Shown: positions 47,762 through 58,180 of the stretch, in pieces
How positions within the stretch are numbered: the stretch's first letter is position 1
How the letters are laid out: each line of letters starts with the position of its first letter
Notes under the pieces: generated by a model
The model's database searches: none
What the model saw: only the letters and a program-made list of their open reading frames with translations
What the model was told of the DNA's origin: nothing
NCBI GenBank assembly: GCA_033764015.1
Contig: JANRJK010000013.1
Location: 416,001-480,000, forward strand
Reading direction: 5' to 3'
Length of the DNA stretch: 64,000 bases
DNA from: Candidatus Sumerlaeia bacterium
GTDB taxonomy: Bacteria; Sumerlaeota; Sumerlaeia; SLMS01; JANRJK01
Made by a program: the position numbers and the translations under genes

Positions 47762-48991
47762 TCAGGACGCCTCTTCGTCGCCCGCCTCGAGGTTCTGGAT
47801 GAAGATCATGTCTTGGCTCAGCGGCTCCGTCGGCGGGGGAGCCTCCTTCGGCGGGAACATCCAGCGGAGGATATCGGGCGAGCGCTTTCCCCAATGGTAC
47901 TCCTTGTGCTCGTGCCCGACCCCGACGACGTGGACGAAGTCCGGCCCCATCACATGACCCGCTTCGAGCAGCGCGTCGCGGATCCGCATGGTGTTGTGGT
48001 ACCCGTCGGAGTTGGGTCCGGAGCATCCGCTGTCGATCCACAGGCGGGACCGGGTGTCGGGGGGCCGGCGCGCCCGGCGGATGTTCGCCGAGAAGTTCAC
48101 CCAAAAGCTGGGCGACAGCGCGGCCACGACGCCGAATGTCTCCTTGTAGTAGTTCGCCGCGTGGAAGCCGAGCAGGCCGCCGAGCGAACTCCCCATGTGG
48201 CCGACGTTCGGCGCGTCGGTGCGGATGCGGAACTTGCGGGCGAAGCGGGGCAGCAGCTCGTCGCGGATCATCTCGAGGTACTCGCCCGCGCGCCCCTTGT
48301 GGCCGTGCACCACACCGTACTCCGGGATGTACTCGAGGAAGCGGTCGGGGCCGTTGTCGATCGCGAAGACGATGATCTCCGGGATCTCCGCGCGCGACAC
48401 CAACCGCATCACCGTGAGGTCCAGGTCCCAGGAGCCGAACTGCGAGCCGGGGCTGAAGACGTTCTGGCCGTCCTGCACGATGAGCACGGGATAGCGCTTG
48501 AAGCGGTTCTCGCGGTAGCAGCGGGGGAGGAGCACCTGCACGCGGCGCTCCTTGAAGTTCTTCGGCCGGACGTGGAACTCGCGGCGCTCCGGGCGCGAGA
48601 AGTCGCGGGGGGGCTCGTAGAGGAACACCTGGCCGTCCTCGACCCAGATCGGCGCGCGCGGGGCGGGCAGCGCGCCGTCGCTCGGCACCGTCTGCACCAC
48701 CATGCCACCGGGGTCGCGGTAGACGAAATCCATCCAGCGGCGTTCGCGGACCACGTGCTGCGGGATCTCGCCTTGGAACACCTTGCGGTCGGCCCCGAAA
48801 CGGACGCACTCGAGCGGGTGGTACTCGCGGCGCTGGCCGCTCCCCTCCGGCGGATACACCTGGATCTCGACGGCGAAGACGTTCCGGGGGGCCGAGAATC
48901 GCACCGGCGTCGGCCCGGGCAGCACCGCCTCTTCCGCGAAAGGAAGCCGGTGGTAGGTCGAGTCGTGCGGGGGAAGGGGAACGCCGGACAT
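47762..48991 (-). CDS. Putative esterase (alpha/beta hydrolase, Fes/IroE-like) with an N-terminal extension
   Basis: RYPVL..QDGQN.F, GSSLGG, SPSFW, WIDSG, HEHKE..W. Confidence 0.85.
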   Translation of the reverse strand: MSGVPLPPHDSTYHRLPFAEEAVLPGPTPVRFSAPRNVFAVEIQVYPPEGSGQRREYHPLECVRFGADRKVFQGEIPQHVVRERRWMDFVYRDPGGMVVQTVPSDGALPAPRAPIWVEDGQVFLYEPPRDFSRPERREFHVRPKNFKERRVQVLLPRCYRENRFKRYPVLIVQDGQNVFSPGSQFGSWDLDLTVMRLVSRAEIPEIIVFAIDNGPDRFLEYIPEYGVVHGHKGRAGEYLEMIRDELLPRFARKFRIRTDAPNVGHMGSSLGGLLGFHAANYYKETFGVVAALSPSFWVNFSANIRRARRPPDTRSRLWIDSGCSGPNSDGYHNTMRIRDALLEAGHVMGPDFVHVVGVGHEHKEYHWGKRSPDILRWMFPPKEAPPPTEPLSQDMIFIQNLEAGDEEAS

Positions 48992-49001
48992 GGGAGGCGG
49001 G

Positions 49002-49781
49002 CTACTTGGCCCCCGCCCGCGCTTCGCAGTCCCAGCCCTCGTAATGCCCGTTGCAGAGGTGGCAGATGTACTGCACGAACCCCGTCAGCCGTTCGACCGA
49101 GGTTGGGTCCGGGGCGCAGTCGTACGCCGCCACCATCGTCCAGCTGCGGTCCTCGCGCATCACCTGGTCTTCGCAGCGGAACTGCTTGTCGTTGAGCATC
49201 GCGATCGCCCCGGCCATGTCCGGAAGCGAGGGGAACGTGCCGAAAAAGCGCAGCGGCCGCGGCTTGGCCAGCGGGTCGCCGAAGTCCTCAAGCCGCGCGA
49301 TCTGCGTCTGGTTGTAGGAGGCGCGCCGCTCCTCCGCGGTGGGCTCCATAACCGTCCGCAGGAAGATCAGCTCCTGGTCCTGCTCGTAGTAGATGTCCCA
49401 CTTCACGCCGTGGATGAATACCGAGAAGCTCGGCCCCTGGCCGAGGGGCTGCTGCATCGAGGAGTGGAACACCAGCACCCGGTTGCCGTGGTAGGTGAGG
49501 CGCCCCACCTGCAGCAGCGACATCGTCTGGCCCGCGCCGAGGGAGAGGAACTCCTCCTCCGCGGTGTTCAGCGCGAGCGCCTGGTCCTCCGAGGGAAGGC
49601 CGTCCGAATCCTCGATCTCGTAGGAGACGATGGCGAAGACACGCGTCGCGTACCCCCCGCGCTGAACCAGCGAGAGGACCCGTGGGTTTGTTGTCACATA
49701 GACGAGCCTACCCTCGTCCATGGGGCGGGTGAACCGGACCAGTTCGTCCTCCGGCAGGCACCCGATCGCTCTTGGCGGCAT
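49002..49781 (-). CDS. DUF695 / RraB-like domain protein
   Basis: DGLPS..., VGRLT..G.R...F; C-terminal L...GD.L.KPR...F...F ... G.YEGW typical of RraB-like domains. Confidence 0.6.
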   Translation of the reverse strand: MPPRAIGCLPEDELVRFTRPMDEGRLVYVTTNPRVLSLVQRGGYATRVFAIVSYEIEDSDGLPSEDQALALNTAEEEFLSLGAGQTMSLLQVGRLTYHGNRVLVFHSSMQQPLGQGPSFSVFIHGVKWDIYYEQDQELIFLRTVMEPTAEERRASYNQTQIARLEDFGDPLAKPRPLRFFGTFPSLPDMAGAIAMLNDKQFRCEDQVMREDRSWTMVAAYDCAPDPTSVERLTGFVQYICHLCNGHYEGWDCEARAGAK

Positions 49782-49876
49782 CGCGTTGGCCTTCTCCTTG
49801 ACCGTAGGGGATCGTTCGCGCCCTGCCCCGCGGGATCAAGAATAAGCTCGCGGTTCCTGCGTCGCCGGCCGCGCGC

Positions 49877-50425
49877 CTACTCCACCGCTCCGCGTCGCTT
49901 CCACGGCGAATACCGGAACGAGACCCGCCCCGTGATCGCCGCCAGCGGAACCGGACCGAACTCCTCGCTGTCCTCCGACTGCGCCCTGTTGTCGCCGATC
50001 ACGTAGTATTGATCCGGCAGCAGCTCGAAGCGCGGCACCCGCGACCTCGGATCGAAGTAGCCGCCCGGCGCCGGCACCTCTCTGTCGTTCACGTATAGGC
50101 GCCCCCGGTCGATTTCGACCGTGTCGCCGGGCACCGCGACCAGGCGCTTCACCAGCTCGGGGCCGTTGTCGACCGGCGACACCAGCGAAACCAGCCATCC
50201 CCGCAGCGGGGGAGTCCGCCCGATCCCGCGCAGCAACACGCGGTCGCCGACTTCGAGCGTCGGGGACATGGAGGCGCTGACCACCTGCATCGCCCGCATC
50301 TCGCCTGTCAGGAAAAGGCCGAACGTGAGGAAGAGCGGCACGAGGACCACGGCCCCCAGCGCGATGCGCACGGGTCCGACGCCGGAGCGGCGTGCTTGCG
50401 TGTTGTCGTTGCCGATGGGAGTCAT
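49877..50425 (-). CDS. lepB: Signal peptidase I
   Basis: SASMSPTL..GD, VKRLVAVPGD, GDNR..S.DS; start uncertain. Confidence 0.88.
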   Translation of the reverse strand: MTPIGNDNTQARRSGVGPVRIALGAVVLVPLFLTFGLFLTGEMRAMQVVSASMSPTLEVGDRVLLRGIGRTPPLRGWLVSLVSPVDNGPELVKRLVAVPGDTVEIDRGRLYVNDREVPAPGGYFDPRSRVPRFELLPDQYYVIGDNRAQSEDSEEFGPVPLAAITGRVSFRYSPWKRRGAVE

Positions 50426-50530
50426 CAAGATTTCGAGCAGGCTATCCGCGGTCACGTGTCCGGCCCCCGCCGTTGGGTGTCGGCGGAACTGGTTGCACGG
50501 AGCGGGCCACTTCCCCGGCCCTTTCCGCAA

Positions 50531-51283
50531 TCAGATGCTGAGGTACTTGAACAAGAACGTGGGGAAGTTCTTCACCACGAAGGCCACGAGGCGCCAGCGC
50601 CCCAGCACATAGACCTCTCGGCGCTTGGCGAGCGTCGCCGAAAGGATCGCCTCCGCCGCCTGCTTCGGGCTCGCCACCCAGAACAGGCCCGGCATCCCCT
50701 TCGTCATGGCGGTATCCACGAAGCCGGGCTTGATCGTCGTCACGCCGACGCCGTAGCGCGCCAGGCGCGTGTGGAGCGCTTCGAGGTAGTGCGCGAGGCC
50801 GGCCTTGGACGCGCCGTATACCGGGTTCCCGCGCCGCCCGCGGTCGCCCGCGATGCTCCCGATGCCGCAGATGTAGCCGGAGCGGGTGCGCTCGAAGCGC
50901 GTCGCCGCCTCGTTCAGCCAGGCCACGGCGCCCGCGAAGTTGACCGTGATCATCTCGAGGTCCTTCGCGGAACTGAATTCGTTCACCGCGACCTTCGGCA
51001 TCAAACCGGCGGCGAAGAACACCGCGTCCAGCCCGCCCAGCTCCGCCGTGATCCGCTGGAACAGCTCCGGAACTTCGGCGGCGTTCGCGACATCGTGCGG
51101 GTAGCAGAGCACGCGCGAGTCGCCAGCCTTCGCATTGATGCGGGCCGCGAGCTTCTCCAGTTCGTCGCCTCGGCGCGCCACCGCGGCGACCCGGGCGCCG
51201 CGCGCCGCCAGCGCGCGCACAAGAGCCGCCCCGATTCCCGAGGATGCGCCCACCACAATCGCTGTTCCGATCTTCTTGGCCAT
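50531..51283 (-). CDS. Short-chain dehydrogenase/reductase (DprE2-like)
   Basis: GASSGIG, SIAGDRGRRGN.VYGASKAG, KPGFVDT.MT. Confidence 0.88.
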   Translation of the reverse strand: MAKKIGTAIVVGASSGIGAALVRALAARGARVAAVARRGDELEKLAARINAKAGDSRVLCYPHDVANAAEVPELFQRITAELGGLDAVFFAAGLMPKVAVNEFSSAKDLEMITVNFAGAVAWLNEAATRFERTRSGYICGIGSIAGDRGRRGNPVYGASKAGLAHYLEALHTRLARYGVGVTTIKPGFVDTAMTKGMPGLFWVASPKQAAEAILSATLAKRREVYVLGRWRLVAFVVKNFPTFLFKYLSI

Positions 51284-51315
51284 GTCGCCATCCGGGACCC
51301 TGAGCCGTGGCCGGG

Positions 51316-54300
51316 TCAACCCGCCCCCGCGCTCTCCAGCAGCCCGCTCTCCTCGATCTTGTCGAACCGCACGCTCACCACCTTCGAGACGCCGGGCTCC
51401 TGCATCGTCACGCCGTAGATCGTGTCGGCCAGCGACATGGTGATCTTGTTGTGCGTGATGATGAGGAACTGCGTCATGTGGGAGAACTCCTTGATGACGT
51501 TGCAGAAGCGCTGGACATTCGCGTCGTCCAGCGGCGCGTCCACCTCGTCGAGCACGCAGATCGGCGACGGGCGGAACTGGAAGAGCGCCAGCATCAGCGC
51601 GATCGCCGTGAGCGCCTTCTCGCCGCCCGACATGAGCGTGATCGACCCGCCGATGTTCTTGCCCGGCGGCTGCGCCCAGATCTCGATGCCGGGCTCGGGC
51701 TGCGTCTCCGACTCCACCAGGATGAGGTCGCCCTTTCCGCCGCTGAAGAGGCGGCGGAAGATGTCCACGAAGTGCCCGCGGATCGTTGCGTACGCCTCGT
51801 CGAAGAGGCGGCGCGTGGTCTCGTCGATCTCCGCGATCGTCTTGCGGAGCGACTCCTTCGCGGCCACCAGGTCGTCCCGCTGGGCGGTGAGGAAGTCGAG
51901 CCGCTCCTTCGCCTGCGCGTAGTCCTCGATGGCGGCCTCGTTCACCGGGCCGAGGCGCTGGATGCGCTCCTTCAGCTCCGTCACGAGGCGGCGCAGCTCC
52001 TGCGGGTTGGCGATCTCGTCGTCGGCCAGCTCGTCGCGGCTGGGCTCCTCGCCCTCGCCGTCGTCGGAGCCGTCCGGCGCGGCGATGGCGGCGCTCTCGG
52101 CGACCTCCTTCGCGGCCAGCTCCGCCGCGATCTCTTCGAGCGTCATGCCGAACTCGTCGGCGGCCTCGCGCTCGACCGACTCGACCTCGACGCGCAGCTC
52201 CGCGTGGCGGATCTCCGCGGCGCGGAGCGTGTTGTCGCGCTCGTTGCGGCGGCGGAGCAGCTCCTGCTGCGCCGCGCGCGCCTCGTTCGCCGCCTTCGCG
52301 AGCGCCGCGTTGTCCGAGGCGATCTCGTCCACGCGGGCCTTCAGCGTGTCGCGCTCGCCGACCAGCTTCGCGATCTGCTCCTCGCCGAGCTCCGCTTCGA
52401 GGGCGAGCTTCTCGAGTTCCGCGTCGAGGCGGCGGCGCTCCTCGGCGCGCCCGCCGATCTCCTCGCGGGCGCGGTCGCGGTCGCGGACCAGGTCGGCCAG
52501 CTTGCCGCGGAAGGAGGCGTCGCGCTCGCGGAGCGCGCCCACCTCGACGCGGAGCGTCGCGGCGGCTTCGCCCGCGGCCTCGAGGCGCGCGATGTCCTCG
52601 CGCAGCGTCGCGTCGCCGTTGTCGAGGCGTCCGCGCATCTCCTCGAGCTGCGCGCGGATCGCGGCGAGCGCCTCCTCGCAGTTGGCGATGGTCTCGGTGT
52701 GGCGGCGGCGGTCCTCGCGCTGCTGCACCGCGCGGGCGTCCGCGACCGCGAAGGCGTTGCGGCGGTCCCTGCGGCGCGCCTCGGCCGCCTGAACGTCCTT
52801 CTCCGCGCGCGCCTCCGCCATCTGCAGCTCGTGCTGGCGCGCCTGAAGCGCCGCGGCGCGGGCGTGCAGCTCGCCGTGGCGGTCTTTCGCCGACTGCAGC
52901 TCGGCGCGCGCGCCCGCCGCTTGGCGTTCGAGGTCCGACTTGAGCGCGCGCAGCTCGGCGATTTCGCGGGCGCGCGTCAGCAGGCCCTTGGTCTTGTGCG
53001 AGCCGCCGCTCAGCACGCCGCGCGGGTTCACGATGTCGCCCTGTAGCGTCACGTAGCGCTGGCGCATCCCCTCGCGCTCGAGGTCCACCGCCACGTCGAG
53101 GTGCTCGACCACGATGGTGTTGCCGAAAAGGTAGCGCACTGCGGGTTCGAGCGACTTGTCGTACTTGACCAGATCGCGCGCGAGGCCCACCACGCCGCGG
53201 CGCCCCAGGATGCGGTCGACGCCGTGCCCGCCGAAGTCCGCGTGCAGGAAGTCGAGCGGTAGGAAGGTCGCGCGGCCGAGATTGTGCTCCTTCAGGAAGC
53301 GGATCGCCGCCTTCGACTGCTCGACCGTCTGCGTCACGATGTCCTGCAGGTCGCCGCCGAGCGCCACCTCCATCGCCACATCGTAGTCGCCGGGGACCTC
53401 GATCAGGTTCGAGACCACGCCGACGATGCCCTTCAGGCGCCCGTTCGACGCCGCGAGCATTACTTCCTTCACGCCCTTGAAGTAGCCTTCGAAGCTGTCC
53501 TCCAGCTCCTGCAGCGCGGCATGGCGCGACGCCGCCTGCTGCAGGCGCCGCTGCAACTCGTCCACGCGGCGCGAAAGCTCCTCGCGCGCCTTGTCGCTCT
53601 GGCCGATGGCGGCGCGCACTTCCTCGCGCTCCCGCACCACGCCCTGCAGATCGCCGCGCACGCGCTCCAGCTCCGAGCGGTGGCGCTCCGCCTCGGCGGC
53701 GGACTCGTCCGCCTCCGCCCGCAGGCGCTCGACCGTCTCGCCGTGCTGCGAGAGCTCCCCTTCCAGCTTCGCCACCAGCGCCGACGCCAGCCGCTGATCG
53801 TTCTCGAGCGCCGAGCGCTTCGCCTCGAGCCGCGCCAGGTCGCCGCGCAGCGTGTCGCCCGCCCGGCGGCGCCCGTCCAGCGCCCGGCGGAACTCGTCGA
53901 GCTCCTGCTGCGCCGCGCGCAGTTCCGACTCCTTCGCGCGGAGCAGTTCCGTCTGCGCCGCCGCCTGCGCTTCGAGTTCCACGAGCGTCTTGTCCAGAAT
54001 CGCCACGCGCGAGCCGGCGGACTCGCGCTCGCGCTCCAGCGCGGTCGCGCGCTCCGCGAGCGACTGGCGCCGCTGGCGAACCAGCTCGAGCTGGTGCTGC
54101 TCGCGGGCCAGCGCGTTCTGCCGCTCGTAGAGCTGCGCGGTGCGCTGCTGCAGGTCGCGCTGGAACTCGTCGAGCCGCTGCCGCGCCTCGGTCTCGCGCA
54201 GTTCCACCGTGGCCAGTTCCGCCGCCGCCGCCTCGAAGGCGGACTTGGCGTCGGCGAAGCGCGCCTTCGACTCCGCGAACGCCGCGGTCGCGGCCTGCCA

Positions 54301-55005
54301 GCGCAGGTGCAGCGCGCGCTTCTGCACGCGCCGCAGCCGCCTCACCAGGCGCCGGAAGCGCTCCGCCTTCTTCGCCTGCCGGTAGAGCGTGCCCGCGGAC
54401 TTCTCGACCTCCGAGATGTGGTCGAAGAGGCGCACCAAGTCTTCTTCCGTGCGCACCAGCTTGCGGAGCGTCTCCTCGCGGCGCGCCTTGTAGCGCGAGA
54501 TGCCCGCGGCCTCCTCGAAGATCTCGCGCCGTTGCTCCGGCCGCGCTGCGACCAGCTCGCCGATGCGGCCCTGCTCGATCACCGAATAACCGTCCGCGCC
54601 GAGGCCGGTGTCCATGAACAGCTCATGGACGTCGCGCATGCGGCAGCGCGCTTTGTTGGCGTAGTACTCCGAATCGCCGTTCGCGAAGAGGCGCCGCTGG
54701 ATCGACACCTCGGAGGCGTCCACCGGCAGGGTGCCGGCGGCGTTGTTGCACGTCAGCGTGACCTGCGCCATGCCGGAGGGCTTGTGCCCCGCGGAGCCAC
54801 GGAACAGCACGTCCGCCATCTTGCCGCCGCGGAGCGACTTCGCGCTCGTCTCGCCGAGGACCCACTTGAGGCCGTCGAGCACGTTCGACTTACCGCAGCC
54901 GTTCGGGCCGACGATCACCGTCACGCCGTCGAGGAAGTCGATGGAGACCTTGGATTGGAAGCTCTTGAAGCCGTGCAGTTCGAGGCGTTGCAGGAACTTG
55001 GACAT
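51316..55005 (-). CDS. smc: Chromosome segregation protein SMC
   Basis: GFKSF, Walker A GPNGCGKSN, hinge GRATFLPL, signature MSGGEK, Walker B LDEVDAPLD. Confidence 0.97.
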   Translation of the reverse strand: MSKFLQRLELHGFKSFQSKVSIDFLDGVTVIVGPNGCGKSNVLDGLKWVLGETSAKSLRGGKMADVLFRGSAGHKPSGMAQVTLTCNNAAGTLPVDASEVSIQRRLFANGDSEYYANKARCRMRDVHELFMDTGLGADGYSVIEQGRIGELVAARPEQRREIFEEAAGISRYKARREETLRKLVRTEEDLVRLFDHISEVEKSAGTLYRQAKKAERFRRLVRRLRRVQKRALHLRWQAATAAFAESKARFADAKSAFEAAAAELATVELRETEARQRLDEFQRDLQQRTAQLYERQNALAREQHQLELVRQRRQSLAERATALERERESAGSRVAILDKTLVELEAQAAAQTELLRAKESELRAAQQELDEFRRALDGRRRAGDTLRGDLARLEAKRSALENDQRLASALVAKLEGELSQHGETVERLRAEADESAAEAERHRSELERVRGDLQGVVREREEVRAAIGQSDKAREELSRRVDELQRRLQQAASRHAALQELEDSFEGYFKGVKEVMLAASNGRLKGIVGVVSNLIEVPGDYDVAMEVALGGDLQDIVTQTVEQSKAAIRFLKEHNLGRATFLPLDFLHADFGGHGVDRILGRRGVVGLARDLVKYDKSLEPAVRYLFGNTIVVEHLDVAVDLEREGMRQRYVTLQGDIVNPRGVLSGGSHKTKGLLTRAREIAELRALKSDLERQAAGARAELQSAKDRHGELHARAAALQARQHELQMAEARAEKDVQAAEARRRDRRNAFAVADARAVQQREDRRRHTETIANCEEALAAIRAQLEEMRGRLDNGDATLREDIARLEAAGEAAATLRVEVGALRERDASFRGKLADLVRDRDRAREEIGGRAEERRRLDAELEKLALEAELGEEQIAKLVGERDTLKARVDEIASDNAALAKAANEARAAQQELLRRRNERDNTLRAAEIRHAELRVEVESVEREAADEFGMTLEEIAAELAAKEVAESAAIAAPDGSDDGEGEEPSRDELADDEIANPQELRRLVTELKERIQRLGPVNEAAIEDYAQAKERLDFLTAQRDDLVAAKESLRKTIAEIDETTRRLFDEAYATIRGHFVDIFRRLFSGGKGDLILVESETQPEPGIEIWAQPPGKNIGGSITLMSGGEKALTAIALMLALFQFRPSPICVLDEVDAPLDDANVQRFCNVIKEFSHMTQFLIITHNKITMSLADTIYGVTMQEPGVSKVVSVRFDKIEESGLLESAGAG

Positions 55006-55134
55006 GGGCTTGTGCAACCTCAGCGGGAACGGAGTCCGAACGGTCGCCCCAGCGGGCAGAACGGGAACGGGGTTGGAACAACGTCAAGCTGTTTGGGTTG
55101 CGCGCGCAAGGATTTTCCAGCCCCCGCGCCAAGC

Positions 55135-55170
55135 TGTGGATAAACGGGTGGATACTATTCCTTGTATCCA
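55135..55170. promoter_or_regulatory. DnaA-box-like cluster / inverted repeat upstream of smc
   Basis: TGTGGATAA (reverse complement of TTATCCACA) at 55135-55143; TGGATAC-N8-GTATCCA at 55149-55170. Confidence 0.55.
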
Positions 55171-55179
55171 GCCGCCCGG

Positions 55180-58002
55180 TCAGGGCCGGGATTCAGTATC
55201 CTCCGGCGCCTTGCCATCCAGGATCTCGCGCATCCGCCGCAGCAACAGGTCTGCGTCGTAGGGCTTCTGGATCATGTGGAAGGACTCGTCCATGGTGAGG
55301 TCGAAGGAGCTGGCGCCAAGGCTGTAGCCGGAGGTGAACAAAACCGGCAGCGCGGGCTCCTTCGCCCGGATCAGGCGCGCGGCCTCGCGGCCCCCCATTC
55401 GCGGCATCACCAGGTCCGACACCAGCATCTTGATCCGCTCCCGGTGCTCCTCGTGGAGCCGCACGGCCACCTCGCCGTTCTCCGCCGCCAGCACGCGGTA
55501 GCCCGCCTCCTCGAGCACGCGGATCACGGAAAGCCGCACCGCCTCTTCGTCCTCCGCGAGCAGAATCGTTTCCGACCCCCCCGGCGCGTCCCCCGTCTTC
55601 GGGGGCACCAGCGTGGACTTCACGCGCCCCTTCACGATCGGCAGGAAGAGGTCGAAGGTGGTGCCGGCACCGACCTGCGACCTCATCAGCATAAATCCGT
55701 CGTGCTGCTGGACGATGCCGAAGACCGTGGCGAGGCCCATGCCGGTGCCCTTGCCGGGCTCCTTGGTGGTGAAGAACGGCTCGAAAATCTTCGTCGCGAT
55801 CTCCTGCGGGATGCCGCACCCGGTGTCGGAAACGCTGAGGCGGACGAACTCGCCCTCGCGGGCGCCCGGCTGCTCCGCCGCGAAGAACGGATCCACCAGC
55901 ACGTTCTTGATCTTGATGGTGATCGTGCCGCCGTTCGGCATCGCGTCGCGCGCGTTCACGCAGAGGTTGACGAGCACCTGCTGGAGCTGCCCCACGTCCG
56001 CGTTGACCGTGCAGATGTCGTAGCCGGGGATCAGCTCGAGCGAGATGTTCTCGCCGATCACGCGGCGCAGCATCGACATCACGTCCTTCACCACTTCGTC
56101 CAGCGCGAGATCCTGCCGCTGGAGGATCTGGCGGCGGCCGTAGGCGAGGAGCTGCTTCGTCAGCGTCGTCGCGCTGCGCGCCGCCTTCAGGATCTGGTCC
56201 AGGTCGCGGAAGGTGCGCGACTCCGGATCGACGGAGCGCATGGCGAACTGCGTGTACGTGGTGACGACCTGCAGCAGGTTGTTGAAGTCGTGCGCGATGC
56301 CGCCCGCGAGCTGCCCCACCGCCTCCATCTTCTGCGCCTGGAGGAGCTGCCCCTCGAGCTTGCGCTTCTCCTCCTCCGCCCGCTTGCGCTCCGTGATGTT
56401 GAGGATCACACCCTCGACGGCGCGCTCGCCCGATTCGGTCATCACGGGGCGGCCGACCTCCTGGACCCACAGGATGGCGCCGGTGGAGGTGGCGATGCGG
56501 TACTCGACGGAGTAGTCGCTGTCGCGGCCGATGGCGCCCGAGATCGCCGCGATGGTCGCGTACCGGTCCTCCGGGTGGATCAGGTCGGCGTAGCGCTTGG
56601 GGCCGGAGCCCTCCTCGACCAGTTCATCGGTGCGGTAGCCGGTGAGCTCAGCGGCGCCTTCGCTGACGAAGAGCATGCGTCCCGGCGAGCTCGCCCGGGC
56701 GCGGAACGCGACGCCGGGGATGTTCTTGATGAGCGTCCGCAGCCGTCGCAGCGCGGCGCGCAGCTCCGCCGCGCGCTGGTCCACCAGCTCTTCCAAGTGT
56801 GTCCGGTAGCGCTCCAGCTCCAGCTCCGCCAGCTTGCGCTCCGTGATGTCCCGCAGGATCGCGTGGAAGCCCACGGGGTGGCCGCCGCGCATCACGAGGC
56901 GGACCGTCTGCTCGACGTGGCGCCGCTCGCCGTGCTTGGTCTCGATGGCGAACTCGTGCTTCGTCTCCGGCGCCATGCTTCGGTACTGCTGGAGGTAGAA
57001 CCGGAAGATCGCCTCGCGGTCCTCCACGGCGACCAGCTTCGTGAAGTGTCGCCCGATCAGCTCGTCGCTCGTGAACCCGGTGAAGCGGAGGCAAAGCGGG
57101 TTCACGTAGTTGAAGCGCCCGCTGGCGTCCGTGGTGTAGATCAGGTCGCCGGCCTCCTCGACCATCTGGCGGAAGCGGCGCTCGTTCTCCTCGAGGCGGC
57201 GCTGGTCCTCCAGCTCCCGCGTGATGTCGGTGATCACGCCGACCCAGTGCGAGAAGGCGCCGGAGGGGCCGCTGATCGGAAAGGCGCTCATGCGCGCCTC
57301 GAAGTCCGCGCCGTCCTTGCGGTACATCGTGATCCGCACCGTGAAGGGCTTGAACTCCCGGAAGCTCGGGCGCGTTTCGTCGGCCTTCCGCGGGTCGGTC
57401 TTCGGGCCGTAAAGCAGCATGGGCGACCGCCCCACAACCTCCTCCGCGGAGTACCCGGTCAGCCGCTCGAAGGCGGGGTTCACGTAGGTGATCTTCGGCG
57501 CGGCGGTCTCGGAGGGCTCCGCGACGCGGGAGACGATGACGCTTTCCGAGGCGTTGGTGACGACGGAGCTCATGAGCCGCAGGCGCTCCGCGTCCGCCTC
57601 GCGGGCAGTGACGTCCTGCGCCAGCGCGAGCACGCCGATCGCTTCGCCGCGCTCGTCGCGCAGGATGTGGCTGAACCACTCGACCCGGATCCGGCGCCCG
57701 TCCTTCGTGAGGTTCGTATGGACCGTGTGCCGCTCGCTGCCGGCTTCGGCGACCTTGCTGAAGTAGGTCCGCACGCCGTCGCGGTCCTCCGGCGGGACGT
57801 GGAACTCGAGGAACGGGCGGCCCAGCACCTCCTCCGGCGTCCAGCCGAAGAGGCGCTCGGCGGCGGCGTTCCACCGCATCAGCACCCCCGAGCGGTCCGC
57901 GACGCTGATGGCGAGGGGGAAGTTCTCGATCACGTCCTGGAACGCGGCGGCGGCGGCGGCGACCGCGTCGCCCACCGGAGCCTGCCTGGAGCCGTCACCC
58001 AT
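55180..58002 (-). CDS. Cytoplasmic multi-PAS hybrid histidine kinase (four PAS-HisKA-HATPase-REC)
   Basis: Repeated N.A.ER..GY PAS motifs and DITERK linkers; GGIAHDFNN, NARDAMP, FFTTK, GMGL; REC SDLVMP, KP. Confidence 0.92.
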   Translation of the reverse strand: MGDGSRQAPVGDAVAAAAAAFQDVIENFPLAISVADRSGVLMRWNAAAERLFGWTPEEVLGRPFLEFHVPPEDRDGVRTYFSKVAEAGSERHTVHTNLTKDGRRIRVEWFSHILRDERGEAIGVLALAQDVTAREADAERLRLMSSVVTNASESVIVSRVAEPSETAAPKITYVNPAFERLTGYSAEEVVGRSPMLLYGPKTDPRKADETRPSFREFKPFTVRITMYRKDGADFEARMSAFPISGPSGAFSHWVGVITDITRELEDQRRLEENERRFRQMVEEAGDLIYTTDASGRFNYVNPLCLRFTGFTSDELIGRHFTKLVAVEDREAIFRFYLQQYRSMAPETKHEFAIETKHGERRHVEQTVRLVMRGGHPVGFHAILRDITERKLAELELERYRTHLEELVDQRAAELRAALRRLRTLIKNIPGVAFRARASSPGRMLFVSEGAAELTGYRTDELVEEGSGPKRYADLIHPEDRYATIAAISGAIGRDSDYSVEYRIATSTGAILWVQEVGRPVMTESGERAVEGVILNITERKRAEEEKRKLEGQLLQAQKMEAVGQLAGGIAHDFNNLLQVVTTYTQFAMRSVDPESRTFRDLDQILKAARSATTLTKQLLAYGRRQILQRQDLALDEVVKDVMSMLRRVIGENISLELIPGYDICTVNADVGQLQQVLVNLCVNARDAMPNGGTITIKIKNVLVDPFFAAEQPGAREGEFVRLSVSDTGCGIPQEIATKIFEPFFTTKEPGKGTGMGLATVFGIVQQHDGFMLMRSQVGAGTTFDLFLPIVKGRVKSTLVPPKTGDAPGGSETILLAEDEEAVRLSVIRVLEEAGYRVLAAENGEVAVRLHEEHRERIKMLVSDLVMPRMGGREAARLIRAKEPALPVLFTSGYSLGASSFDLTMDESFHMIQKPYDADLLLRRMREILDGKAPEDTESRP

Positions 58003-58180
58003 GGGGCGCCCTCCGCGGGGAAGATGCACCATCAGCCCCGGGGCGCGCCGCTCGCGCAAGCCCGGGCTCGTCCGGCCCCCCCCAGAGGATTCCGTTGACC
58101 GCCCGGGGGCTTGGGCAAGAATCGCAGGCTCGCCCGCCACGCCAACGAAGACGGGCCGCAACCAATCGAGGACCTACTCC

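Noticed and set aside
55162..58098. 978-aa plus-strand ORF
   Set aside because: Antisense shadow of the PAS histidine kinase
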